64,000 nt of DNA from Nitrososphaeria archaeon. Lineage in GTDB: Archaea; Thermoproteota; Nitrososphaeria; JACIWG01. The notes under the pieces are model-generated. The model had not been told where the DNA came from and did not search any database. It was given only the letters and a program-made list of their open reading frames with translations. The DNA lies in the NCBI GenBank assembly GCA_050011875.1, contig JBEKIG010000009.1, positions 1 through 64,000 of the forward strand, in the 5' to 3' direction. Positions 20,331-29,827 of this stretch are shown here, piece by piece. A program made the position numbers and the translations under genes. Numbering within the stretch: position 1 is the first letter of the stretch; every line of letters begins with the position of its first letter.

Positions 20331-21596
20331 ATGAAAAAATTTCAAGAATTGGAGTTAGATCCAAGAATTAAGAAGGGACTTTTTGATTCAGGTCTTATAG
20401 AAACTTTTCCCATTCAGGAGAAAGCTATAGACCCCCTTTTGTTAAAAAGAGATGTTATAGGACAGGCAAAAACAGGAACAGGGAAGACTGCAGCATATGT
20501 CATCCCGATGCTCCAGACAGTTAATACAGAAAAAAGATATGTTCAAGCTTTAGTCCTTGCACCGACGAGAGAGCTCGCTGTGCAAATTACACAGGAAATC
20601 AGAAGACTTGGTAAATATACAAATGTCAAGGTAGTAACAATCTACGGCGGCCAAGCAGCGAGTGTTCAACTTGAAGCTTTATCACGCGGAGTTCAAGTCG
20701 TAGTCGGTACACCCGGAAGAGTGATTGATCTTATAGATAGAGGCAGACTGTCTCTCCAAGATGTAAAATATGTCGTACTAGATGAAGCAGATACAATGCT
20801 CGACATGGGTTTCATAGACGATGTAAAGTACATATTGGACTTCGTATCTCCAGAAAGACAGATGAGCCTATTCTCGGCGACGATGCCGGAGAGAATTGTT
20901 CAATTGGCTGATAGTTATATGAATAATCCTGAAAGGATACTCATAGACTCAGACGAACCCTCTGTTGACACCCTAGATCAATATTACACTATGGCCGAAG
21001 AAATCGACAAACTTTCTGTTCTTATCAGCATATTAGAGAAAGCTAAGCCGTCGACAACGATAATATTCTGTTCAACGAAGTATAAGACAAATAAGCTGGC
21101 TCGAGAACTGGAACGGAGGTTTTTTAATGCTTCACCTATAAACGGAGATCTTAGCCAAAATCAAAGAGACCACGTCATGAACCTATTTAGATCAAAGCAT
21201 CTCGATATACTTGTAGCCACAGACCTTGCAGGAAGAGGACTAGACTTCCGCCACGTCGATTGCATAATAAACTATGATGTGCCAAAGTATCCTCTAATAT
21301 ACTTCCACAGGGTCGGTAGAACCGCCAGAGCGGGTGGGTCAGGGAAATCGTTCACCATCATCTCAGGGGACGAATACGAAGATTTTGCACGAATAAAGAA
21401 GATGACTACTGCGGAAATAAAGCCTCTGTACCCAAACGACGAAAAATACGATTTCAAAATAAATTTTAGCAACGAATCTAGGAGTTCACAGAGAAGATAC
21501 CCAAGATACGACAATCATCGATACTCTAGGCCAGAAAATAGAAATAGATACCCAGAAAACAGAAACAGATACAACTGGTATCAAACGTCCCGCTAG
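20331..21596 (+). CDS. DEAD-box RNA helicase (DeaD/CshA-like)
   Basis: Q-motif, AKTGTGKT, PTRELA, TPGR, DEAD, SAT, HRVGRTAR; R/Y/N-rich tail. Confidence 0.97.
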   Translation: MKKFQELELDPRIKKGLFDSGLIETFPIQEKAIDPLLLKRDVIGQAKTGTGKTAAYVIPMLQTVNTEKRYVQALVLAPTRELAVQITQEIRRLGKYTNVKVVTIYGGQAASVQLEALSRGVQVVVGTPGRVIDLIDRGRLSLQDVKYVVLDEADTMLDMGFIDDVKYILDFVSPERQMSLFSATMPERIVQLADSYMNNPERILIDSDEPSVDTLDQYYTMAEEIDKLSVLISILEKAKPSTTIIFCSTKYKTNKLARELERRFFNASPINGDLSQNQRDHVMNLFRSKHLDILVATDLAGRGLDFRHVDCIINYDVPKYPLIYFHRVGRTARAGGSGKSFTIISGDEYEDFARIKKMTTAEIKPLYPNDEKYDFKINFSNESRSSQRRYPRYDNHRYSRPENRNRYPENRNRYNWYQTSR

Positions 21597-21821
21597 TATT
21601 TCCAGAACAAGGCTTTGATGCAATTGCATCTTGTCAAAGAAGTGCTTGATGCAAGCTAGACTTTGCAAATTTTTCCATTATTTTTATCTGGAAATCTCCA
21701 ATCTTATTCTCTAATATCTTTTTTATGAGAGAGCGATGAAAAGCTTCATTATTGTTTTAAAGAGAAGAGGCTGTGAAGTTAATCAAATAACTCCTTCCAC
21801 TTTTTATTTTCTTTATAATCA

Positions 21822-22061
21822 TTACTTTGATTGAGTAGATTGAGTAGATTGAGTAGATTGAGTAGATTGAGTAGATTGAGTAGATTGAGTAGATTGAGTA
21901 GATTGAGTAGGACCCGATGTAGCGTTACGTTTCTTATTTTGAAGGTACTGGTTGTAGCACTTTAAGCTACAGGCAAGTCCTTCTCTACCACCGCTTAATT
22001 TATAGTATTTATCTTTGTGAGTGTTTATGTTCTTTTGACATAATGCACATTTGTCAACCAT
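21822..22061 (-). CDS. Small TRASH/MYM-like Cys4 metal-binding protein with (TQS)9 tail
   Basis: CALC...ACSLKC; low-complexity repeat tail. Confidence 0.65.
   Translation of the reverse strand: MVDKCALCQKNINTHKDKYYKLSGGREGLACSLKCYNQYLQNKKRNATSGPTQSTQSTQSTQSTQSTQSTQSTQSTQSK
21829..21909. repeat. Perfect tandem repeat (GATTGAGTA)x9
   Basis: Counted directly: 81 bp, in frame with the minus-strand ORF. Confidence 0.97.
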
Positions 22062-22173
22062 ACGCTCTTACTCTAAACATAACACTCAAACACCAGCTAG
22101 ATAAATCTTTGCCTAGATTTCAAATTTAAGACGTGTCAAAACCTTTTAACAGACAAATAACAACAATTCGTAT

Positions 22174-23388
22174 CTAAGATAGAGGATGAAGTATTGGCTT
22201 TCCATATAAACCATCATACCCCGCATCGAACCTAACTTTCTTTTCCCTAAAATCTTCGATCAAAGAGGCGACCTCTGAGCCTACTATCTGATCTAAGAGC
22301 GGCCTCTTAATATCTATAAGAATCGATATTTCATTTCCTGCCTTTTTAATATAATTTAATTCTTCTTCACTTATCTTCTTTGAATACAGGCTTTCCGAAC
22401 CTCTCAGCAGCGATATGACTTCATAAAGTGGAAGAGCAACCTTGAAGGGAACCGCATTTGTTGGTTCATAGCCTTCAGGTCGATCCGCCAACTCTTCAAC
22501 TCTCTGGAGGACACCTATTGTGAGCCTTTTTCCACAGACTGGACAGATGTTATTTATTTTCAGGGCTTCTTTGGGGCTTAAGGAGAATTTGCAGTTCCTG
22601 TGACCAGTATAATGATATTTTCCGTATTCAGGTGGAACTTCGACGGTGTACAAGAACTTGGACCTATCATGGTTCTTGACTGCTTCAAAGACCGATCTGT
22701 ATGAAGGCTTAGACAGCTGAAAGACATTGAATTCCCTTCCAAGACGTGATGGAAGAGGACTATGCGAGTCAGAGTTGCTTACAAGAGAAACTTTATCTAA
22801 AGCGCTTATCCTCCAATTCATTTGGGGGGTACTGCTTAATCCAGTTTCGATAGCGAAGATTTTTCTTGCCTGATCTCCAAAGCACTCCTCAAGAGAATCA
22901 AAGCCTGTGTTAGCTCCAAAAACACCATACCACGTCGTCCACGCATGTGAGGGTATTATAACGATGTTCGGGTCAATGGAGCTCATCAAATCAACAAGCT
23001 CGGGGCTTGTGAGTCTCGTAAACGTTGGACGGCCATCCGAGTTAAGATTACCATAACGTGACAGGGAACTGTTTATCGATTCAACGACTTCAATTGATGG
23101 AGCATGAATTATGTGGTGCACTCTTCTAGATTTTCCATCTTGAGGATATATTAACGAAACTTCACATGTTAGTGTCCAGTATATGCCGTCAAAGAGATAT
23201 ATGCCATCTGCAAAGTTTCTTAGCTTTTTCTTAAGCTCGCTAAACCATTTAGGATGCGTAAAATCGCCTGTGCCGAGCAGATTTAACCCCTTTAATCTCG
23301 CGCCCGCCGCAATGTTTTCTAGGTCCATTGACTGGCTTGTAGCACGGCTGTATTTACTGTGCAGATGTAGATCAGCGCAAACTATCAT
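22174..23388 (-). CDS. Endonuclease Q family protein (PHP domain + Zn finger)
   Basis: DLHLHSKYSRATS, GTGDFTHP, NSDSHS, GKYHYTGHRNC, CPVCG, GYDGLYG. Confidence 0.92.
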   Translation of the reverse strand: MIVCADLHLHSKYSRATSQSMDLENIAAGARLKGLNLLGTGDFTHPKWFSELKKKLRNFADGIYLFDGIYWTLTCEVSLIYPQDGKSRRVHHIIHAPSIEVVESINSSLSRYGNLNSDGRPTFTRLTSPELVDLMSSIDPNIVIIPSHAWTTWYGVFGANTGFDSLEECFGDQARKIFAIETGLSSTPQMNWRISALDKVSLVSNSDSHSPLPSRLGREFNVFQLSKPSYRSVFEAVKNHDRSKFLYTVEVPPEYGKYHYTGHRNCKFSLSPKEALKINNICPVCGKRLTIGVLQRVEELADRPEGYEPTNAVPFKVALPLYEVISLLRGSESLYSKKISEEELNYIKKAGNEISILIDIKRPLLDQIVGSEVASLIEDFREKKVRFDAGYDGLYGKPILHPLS

Positions 23389-23644
23389 ATTCGGTTATTC
23401 CTTTTTAAAAATCATAAAACAGCATAAATACTTTACTTATTCTTAACCCAAAAGGCAGACTTCAGCGGTTATATGAAAGTTTCCCAAAACAACGTTTATC
23501 TTATTATAAGAAAGGAACGTCTTGCGATGAAGAAAACAATTGAACGTCCTATTATTAAATCCTTTTCTACAGCCTAAAAAGTTTTCATAACCTGACACGG
23601 AGAAAATATAAAAGAAGTTGTTGGAGTAGTTTTGGCGTGAAAGT

Positions 23645-25078
23645 ATGCAACCGGAAAAAGCCTTGCCTGACAAAGGGGGTAGATTTAGTGAATGGTACTC
23701 TGCGATACTGGAAAAGGCTGAACTAGCCGACATAAGATATAATGTGAAAGGTTTTATCGTTTACCGACCTAATTTGATGAGAATAATAAACCTGATAAGG
23801 AATGAGCTTGAGCAAGGACTTTTTAAAGACGGCCACCAGCAGGTCATGTTCCCTCTTGTTATCCCTATTTCTTACCTGAAAAAAGAAGAGGAGCATATCA
23901 CAGGATTTGCAGCCGAAGTTTTCAAATTGCAGAGCGAAGAAGGAGAAGAGGAACTGGCGCTTAGACCAACTTCTGAAACAGCCTTTTATCCGATGTATTC
24001 ACTATGGATTCACAGCTATAGGGATCTTCCCCTGAAGCTTTTCCAAACCGTGAACGTATATCGGAAGGAAACTAAAGCCACCAGACCTCTAATTCGAGGC
24101 AGAGAGTTTTATTGGATAGAGTCACACGATGCCTTCGAAAACAAAGAGCAGGCTCTGGGACAGGTTACAAAAGATATTGAAATCACAAAAGAGGCGCTAA
24201 GAAAACTTGGACTAGCATTTGTCGTAGTAGAAAGGGAGGAGTGGGACAAGTTCCCTGGAGCGGAGAGCACATTCGCCTTTGATTGTCTAATGCCTGATGG
24301 CAGAGTGTTACAGATTGCGACAACCCATTATTTAGGTACAAAATTTTCAGTTCCATTTGACGTGGCTTACTTAGATGAAGATGGCGTCAAGAAGAACGTT
24401 CACCAAACATGTTTTGGACCAGGGATATCGAGGATGGCGGCTGCGGTCATCGCAGTCCACGGTGACGAATTTGGTTTAATACTTCCATTCGAAGTCGCGC
24501 CTGTTCAGGTTGCCATTGTCCCCATAAAGAATGAAGCTCAAGAGAAACAGGTTGTAGAAAAGGCAAAGGAAATCAGTAAAAAGCTGGAAAGGCTTAACTT
24601 AAGATATGAGGTTGATATTTCAGAGGAGAGACCTGGATCAAAATATTACAAGTGGGAACTGATAGGTGCGCCGGTAAGAATCGAGATAGGAGGAAAAGAG
24701 CTGAGCAATCACAGTCTGACACTTTTCAGAAGAGACACCAGGAAAAGGTTGAAGATCGAAGAAAGTAAGCTGGATGAGGAGATCAGGTTTCTTGAGAAGG
24801 ATTTATTAAGTAATTTGGCTGGGAAATCACGCGAAAGGATGGATAAATCTATTGTTAGAGTAAATAACAGACAAGAACTTCTTAAAGCAAGTCAGGAAGG
24901 AAAGATTGTTTTAATGAACTTTTGTAAAAGATTAGAGTGCTCAGAAGAATTAAAAGCTGGTACAAGAGGATATGAAATCAGAGGAAGGAGAGTTGATGTC
25001 GTCGAACAAGTCTGGGGAAAATGTGCTTGGTGCAGTGGAGACGCAATAGAAGTGGCTGTTGTAGCGAAAACCTTTTAG
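23645..25078 (+). CDS. proS: Proline--tRNA ligase (archaeal/eukaryote-like)
   Basis: LRPTSET, TRPLIRGREF, LQIATTH, VHGDEFG, C-terminal Cys. Confidence 0.97.
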   Translation: MQPEKALPDKGGRFSEWYSAILEKAELADIRYNVKGFIVYRPNLMRIINLIRNELEQGLFKDGHQQVMFPLVIPISYLKKEEEHITGFAAEVFKLQSEEGEEELALRPTSETAFYPMYSLWIHSYRDLPLKLFQTVNVYRKETKATRPLIRGREFYWIESHDAFENKEQALGQVTKDIEITKEALRKLGLAFVVVEREEWDKFPGAESTFAFDCLMPDGRVLQIATTHYLGTKFSVPFDVAYLDEDGVKKNVHQTCFGPGISRMAAAVIAVHGDEFGLILPFEVAPVQVAIVPIKNEAQEKQVVEKAKEISKKLERLNLRYEVDISEERPGSKYYKWELIGAPVRIEIGGKELSNHSLTLFRRDTRKRLKIEESKLDEEIRFLEKDLLSNLAGKSRERMDKSIVRVNNRQELLKASQEGKIVLMNFCKRLECSEELKAGTRGYEIRGRRVDVVEQVWGKCAWCSGDAIEVAVVAKTF

Positions 25079-25455
25079 ATCGAGATCACCCAAATTTCAA
25101 GCCAAACAGATATTTATTGATAGAAAAGGATTTGATAATCGATAAACTAGAATATATGAAGAAAAAATCTGATGGCCGATTTACAGGTAAATGGGGGCAT
25201 TGCATGCACTCTGGTTTTTATCGGATTAAAACACAGGATTTTGGTAAAGTGTGAATAATATAGGGTGCTAGATGAAATTACTAAAACATAGCAACTACAT
25301 ATTTCTAAGACAAAGCTGCTGGCAATATTTTTGGTATTATAGGTAACAGAGCTCATAAGACGCGTTCTCGTTGGCCAGAGTTATTCAACCATTCGTCGAA
25401 GAGAATATATATTAAGCGCATATTCCCCAAAATATTGAAAGAGAAGATGAAGAGG

Positions 25456-26712
25456 ATGGTAGAATATAGGGTGAGGAATATAAAACTTGCACAGGAGGGA
25501 AAAATGAAGATAGACTGGGCAGAAAAACACATGCCTGTTCTCATGAAGATAAGGGATGAGTTTAGGAGACTTAAACCATTAAAAAATGTTACGATCGGCG
25601 CCTGTCTGCATGTTACAAAGGAGACCGCTGTTTTAGTTAAAACCCTTAAATCAGGGGGGGCGACTGTCGCTCTTTGCGGCTCTAACCCTCTATCAACCCA
25701 AGATGATATTGCAGCCGCACTTGCTGAAGAGGGAGTAAGTGTTTTTGCGTTAAGAGGAGAAAGTAATGATGAATATTATTGGTGCTTGAATAAGGTTTTG
25801 GACTTTAAACCAAACATCACCCTCGATGATGGGGCAGACCTTATTTCTACAATACATCTGAAAAAAAGAGAATTGATTCCATACGTTTACGGGGGACAGG
25901 AAGAGACGACAACTGGTGTGATAAGATTACGAGCTATGGAGAGAGATGGAGCACTAAGATACCCTGTACTCGCCGTGAATGACACGCCAACAAAGAACAT
26001 GTTTGACAACATTTACGGAACCGGTCAGAGCACGATTGACGGTATATTGAGGTCAACAAATGTATTGCTCGCTGGAAAAAAGTTTGTTATCTGCGGATAC
26101 GGCCATTGCGGAAAAGGTTTGGCGACAAGAGCAAGAGGCATGGGATCAAACGTGATCGTCGTTGAAATTGACCCCCTTAGGGCTTTACAGGCTGTCATGG
26201 ACGGCGTCAGTGTGATGACTATGAACGAAGCTGCGAAAGAAGGGGACATTTTTGTTACTGTGACAGGAAACAAGAACGTAATCAGAAAAGAGCACATGGA
26301 GCTGATGAAGGATGGGGCGATAATAGCTAATTCCGGACACTTCAACGTTGAAGTCTCTGTTGGGGATTTAGTAGAGTTAACCAAAGGAAGAAGAACCATT
26401 AGACCAAATACTGAGGAATTTGAATTAAGGAGTGGAAGGAAGATTTACCTTCTAGCGGAAGGTCGCCTTGTGAATCTTGCTTCAGCAGAAGGTCACCCGT
26501 CGGAAGTTATGGACATGTCTTTTTCCGATCAGGCGTTAACCTGCAAATATATAGTAGAGAACCATAAGAAATTGGAACCAAAAGTTTACGATGTGCCTTC
26601 CGAAATCGGGAACAGGATAGCTAAATTGAAATTGGAGTCTATGGAAATACAGATAGACGAATTGACTGAAGAACAGAAGAAGTATATGTTAAGCTGGGCA
26701 GAAGGAACCTAA
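25456..26712 (+). CDS. ahcY: S-adenosylhomocysteine hydrolase
   Basis: CLHVTKET, GSNPLSTQD, EETTTG, GYGHCGKG, NSGHF, GHPSEVMD; likely ATG at 25456. Confidence 0.98.
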   Translation: MVEYRVRNIKLAQEGKMKIDWAEKHMPVLMKIRDEFRRLKPLKNVTIGACLHVTKETAVLVKTLKSGGATVALCGSNPLSTQDDIAAALAEEGVSVFALRGESNDEYYWCLNKVLDFKPNITLDDGADLISTIHLKKRELIPYVYGGQEETTTGVIRLRAMERDGALRYPVLAVNDTPTKNMFDNIYGTGQSTIDGILRSTNVLLAGKKFVICGYGHCGKGLATRARGMGSNVIVVEIDPLRALQAVMDGVSVMTMNEAAKEGDIFVTVTGNKNVIRKEHMELMKDGAIIANSGHFNVEVSVGDLVELTKGRRTIRPNTEEFELRSGRKIYLLAEGRLVNLASAEGHPSEVMDMSFSDQALTCKYIVENHKKLEPKVYDVPSEIGNRIAKLKLESMEIQIDELTEEQKKYMLSWAEGT

Positions 26713-26776
26713 TACATGGTAGAACGTTTAAGAAATTCTTTTATATTTCCGATATGACAAGTGCCAACGAGCAAAG

Positions 26777-27052
26777 TTGACGAAGAAAAGAAAAAGTCGC
26801 GGTCGTGGTAAAAGTGGTAAAGGGAGATCAGAGCAGGTACAGTGCTCACATTGCGGTGCAATGGTTCCACGAGATAAGGCGAAGAAAGACACACGGAGAC
26901 TCAACTTCATGGATGCCGCGCTCGCTAAGGAGCTTAGAGCAGGTGGAACATATATCCCAAATGAAAGAAGTACAAGGTACTATTGCATATCGTGTGCAGT
27001 TCACTTTGGCGTTGCCAAGGTTAGAGCAAAAGATGAAAGAAAGCAGAGATAA
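26777..27052 (+). CDS. rps26e: 30S ribosomal protein S26e
   Basis: KKRKSRGR, QCSHCG..VPRDKA, YCISCAVH. Confidence 0.97.
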   Translation: MTKKRKSRGRGKSGKGRSEQVQCSHCGAMVPRDKAKKDTRRLNFMDAALAKELRAGGTYIPNERSTRYYCISCAVHFGVAKVRAKDERKQR

Positions 27053-27065
27053 CTGTTCCCTTCCA

Positions 27066-27653
27066 CTATTTTCTTAATTTCCGCATTATTATAGTAGAAC
27101 GTTCTATGAATGTAAAAATTGCCAAAGCGGAAACGATTATTACGCCATAGAACGTGTACCCCGCAATACTGAAAAATGACAAAACGAGCATTCTTTCAGC
27201 CCTCTCACCTATCCCTGAGCCCTTAAGATCTAAACCCAACGAGTCACCCTTTGCTCTGACATAACTCACTAAAATGGAGAATGTTATCATCAGAAAAACG
27301 AAGTCTGGGGGGGCCCAGCCGCCGATAAGAAGCCCAAAGCTGACAAGAACTTCACCTAACCTATCCGCTGTTGAATCAATGAAACTTCCAAGCTTAGAAA
27401 TCGTATTTGTAAATTTTGCGACAGCACCATCAACGATGTCCGTAAATCCAGATAGGAGAAAGAAAAATCCGCCCAACAGCGCACCGTATGGCTCCTGTTT
27501 TGCGTAGAAGGACATAGAAATCAAAGATAAAAGGAGGCCAAACAGGGTCCAAATCCAAGCGGGTGCACCTAAATATGAGAAATATCTACCAATATTCTCA
27601 AGGATTGGATTGATTGCGCCCCTAATCCTGTTTAGAACCATCCATATCCGCAT
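27066..27653 (-). CDS. CDP-alcohol phosphatidyltransferase (archaetidylinositol-phosphate synthase-like)
   Basis: DIVDGAVAK...G.FIDSTADR, SYVRAK, GIGERAER; probable start 27641. Confidence 0.92.
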   Translation of the reverse strand: MRIWMVLNRIRGAINPILENIGRYFSYLGAPAWIWTLFGLLLSLISMSFYAKQEPYGALLGGFFFLLSGFTDIVDGAVAKFTNTISKLGSFIDSTADRLGEVLVSFGLLIGGWAPPDFVFLMITFSILVSYVRAKGDSLGLDLKGSGIGERAERMLVLSFFSIAGYTFYGVIIVSALAIFTFIERSTIIMRKLRK

Positions 27654-27700
27654 AACTTATATTGCGAGATTTAATAACACTTTAGGACGAGTGATACATC

Positions 27701-27910
27701 TTGGGTAGAATAAATAAGGGCGTAAATTGTAGTATTCAAGGATGCAAGAACGCGGCAGAGAGATCTCTAAGTTTGGAACAGGTTTCCAAAAGCAGCCTGA
27801 AGGTAGATAATTCTACAAGAAGAGTATATTTGTGCCACGAACACTACAAAAAGTGGAAAAAGGAGACAAAAAAGGACCGTGACCTAGAACGCTCACTTAT
27901 TTCAGGGTGA
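27701..27910 (+). CDS. Small putative Zn-binding protein (CxxxxC...CxxH)
   Basis: CSIQGC...YLCHEH, basic; immediately upstream of thrS. Confidence 0.75.
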   Translation: MGRINKGVNCSIQGCKNAAERSLSLEQVSKSSLKVDNSTRRVYLCHEHYKKWKKETKKDRDLERSLISG

Positions 27911-27919
27911 TTTAAGCGA

Positions 27920-29797
27920 TTGAGGATATTGCAGCTGCATTCAAACAACATTGAATACAAGCTTGTAAAGAAAGAAATCGACTCAGCAGAAGAAAGTGTG
28001 ACGAGAGAGTGCAAACTTGATGAAATAGTTGTCTTGTTCACCTCCGTTGAAGAAGAAGATGACGACGACGCTGCAACGGCGGCCATAGACGAAGTGAAGG
28101 CAGCGTTGAATAACCTTAAGGTAAACAGGATCTTGATTTATCCGTTTGCACACCTCAGCTCGAGCCTTGCAAGCCCATATGATGCCCTTAGAGTTCTCAA
28201 AAAGATGGAATCATATGCCAGTGAAATAGGCATCGAAGTCTATAGAGCTCCCTTTGGATGGAACAAGCAGTTTGCGATTTCTATCAAAGGTCATCCGCTT
28301 GCAGAGCAGTTCAGAATTATCTCGAAAAAAAGGAAAGCCGACGAACCAGTTTCGAAGGCATTGAAGGCTGAAGAGAAGATAAAGTCTTATTGGAAAATTT
28401 TGATGCTCGGGGGAGAACTTGTTCCAGTCGAAAAATTTGATTTTTCCGGGCGCGAAAAATTGGAAAAATTATCTCTTTATGAAATATCTAAAGTGAGAGC
28501 TGTCAAAGGTGTCCCACCACATGTAGCGTTAATGCAGAGGCTTGAAATCGCTGACTATGAGCCCGCAAGCGACCAGGGAAACCTACGATGGTATCCTAAA
28601 GGAAGACTGATAAAATCCCTGTTAGAAGAACTTGTTACTCGGAGGGTTATAGAATACGGGGCGATGGAAGTTGAGACGCCTATAATGTACGATTTCCAGC
28701 ACCCAAGCTTACACGATTACCTTAACAGGTTCCCGGCCCGTCAATATGTTATAAAGTCAGACGACAAGGAGTTCTTTTTAAGGTTCAGCGCGTGCTTTGG
28801 CCAGTTCCTAATGGCGCACGACGCGCAGATGTCCTATAAGCAGCTGCCGATAAGACTTTATGAATTAACAAGGTACAGCTTTAGAAGGGAAAAAAGTGGA
28901 GAGCTTGCTGGGTTAAGGAGACTCAGATCTTTTACGATGCCTGACTGTCATGCGATGTGCGCAGACCTCGATCAAGCAAAGGAAGAATTTGTTAAAAGGT
29001 TCAAGCTTAGCATGAAAATACTTGAAAGCTTAGGTTTTAACAAAGATGACTACGAACTCGCTATAAGGTTTACGAAAGAGTTCTATGAAAAGAACAAGGA
29101 TTTCATAGTTGCGTTACTGAATCAATTTGGCAAACCCGCTCTGATTGAAATGTGGGACGAGAGATTTTTCTACTTTGTACTAAAATGGGAGTTTAACTTT
29201 GTAGACAGCTCAGATAAGGCATCTGCACTGTCGACAGACCAGATCGATATAGAGAATGCGCACCGATACAATATCACGTACGTGGACGAAAAAGGTGAGA
29301 AGCTTTATCCGATGATATTACACAATTCGCCGAGTGGAGCAATTGAAAGAGACGTTTACGCTATGCTTGAGAAGGCGTATATGCAACAAAGGGAAGGAAA
29401 GATTCCAACCCTACCATTATGGCTTTCTCCAACACAGGTAAGGATAATACCGGTGACTGAATCCTTCTTGGACTATGCATTGAAGACGTTAGAAGAACTT
29501 GAAAGCCAAAAGATAAGAGTCGATATAGATGACAGAACTATGACTATGGGGAAGAAAGTTAGGGACGCCGAGAAGGAATGGGTACCATACATTCTAGTTA
29601 TTGGGGAAAAGGAAAAGGAGACCGGTTTATTATCGGTTAGAGTAAGGAGCATAGGAGAAGTCGGGAAGGACGAGAAATTGAAGCAGATGAAGTTATATGA
29701 TCTCGTAAAAGAAATTAGAACCGAAACCTCAGATATGCCGTTCAAGCCTCTTTCTCTACCAAAAAGCCTTTCAAAAAGACCGAAATTCTTTGGCTGA
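27920..29797 (+). CDS. thrS: Threonine--tRNA ligase (archaeal, N-terminal editing domain)
   Basis: MRILQLH, YPFAHLS, GHPLAE, FSACFG, FTMPDCH, LHNSPSGAIER. Confidence 0.98.
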   Translation: MRILQLHSNNIEYKLVKKEIDSAEESVTRECKLDEIVVLFTSVEEEDDDDAATAAIDEVKAALNNLKVNRILIYPFAHLSSSLASPYDALRVLKKMESYASEIGIEVYRAPFGWNKQFAISIKGHPLAEQFRIISKKRKADEPVSKALKAEEKIKSYWKILMLGGELVPVEKFDFSGREKLEKLSLYEISKVRAVKGVPPHVALMQRLEIADYEPASDQGNLRWYPKGRLIKSLLEELVTRRVIEYGAMEVETPIMYDFQHPSLHDYLNRFPARQYVIKSDDKEFFLRFSACFGQFLMAHDAQMSYKQLPIRLYELTRYSFRREKSGELAGLRRLRSFTMPDCHAMCADLDQAKEEFVKRFKLSMKILESLGFNKDDYELAIRFTKEFYEKNKDFIVALLNQFGKPALIEMWDERFFYFVLKWEFNFVDSSDKASALSTDQIDIENAHRYNITYVDEKGEKLYPMILHNSPSGAIERDVYAMLEKAYMQQREGKIPTLPLWLSPTQVRIIPVTESFLDYALKTLEELESQKIRVDIDDRTMTMGKKVRDAEKEWVPYILVIGEKEKETGLLSVRVRSIGEVGKDEKLKQMKLYDLVKEIRTETSDMPFKPLSLPKSLSKRPKFFG

Positions 29798-29827
29798 ATT
29801 CTGTTCCATAAATTAAAATGGAAGCTT

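Noticed and set aside
21829-21909. Possible CRISPR array
   Set aside because: Contiguous 9-bp units with no spacers; no cas genes in the window
23463-23594. Imperfect inverted repeat bounding the EndoQ/proS intergenic region (MITE?)
   Set aside because: Needs several gaps, no clear TSD, no second copy in the window
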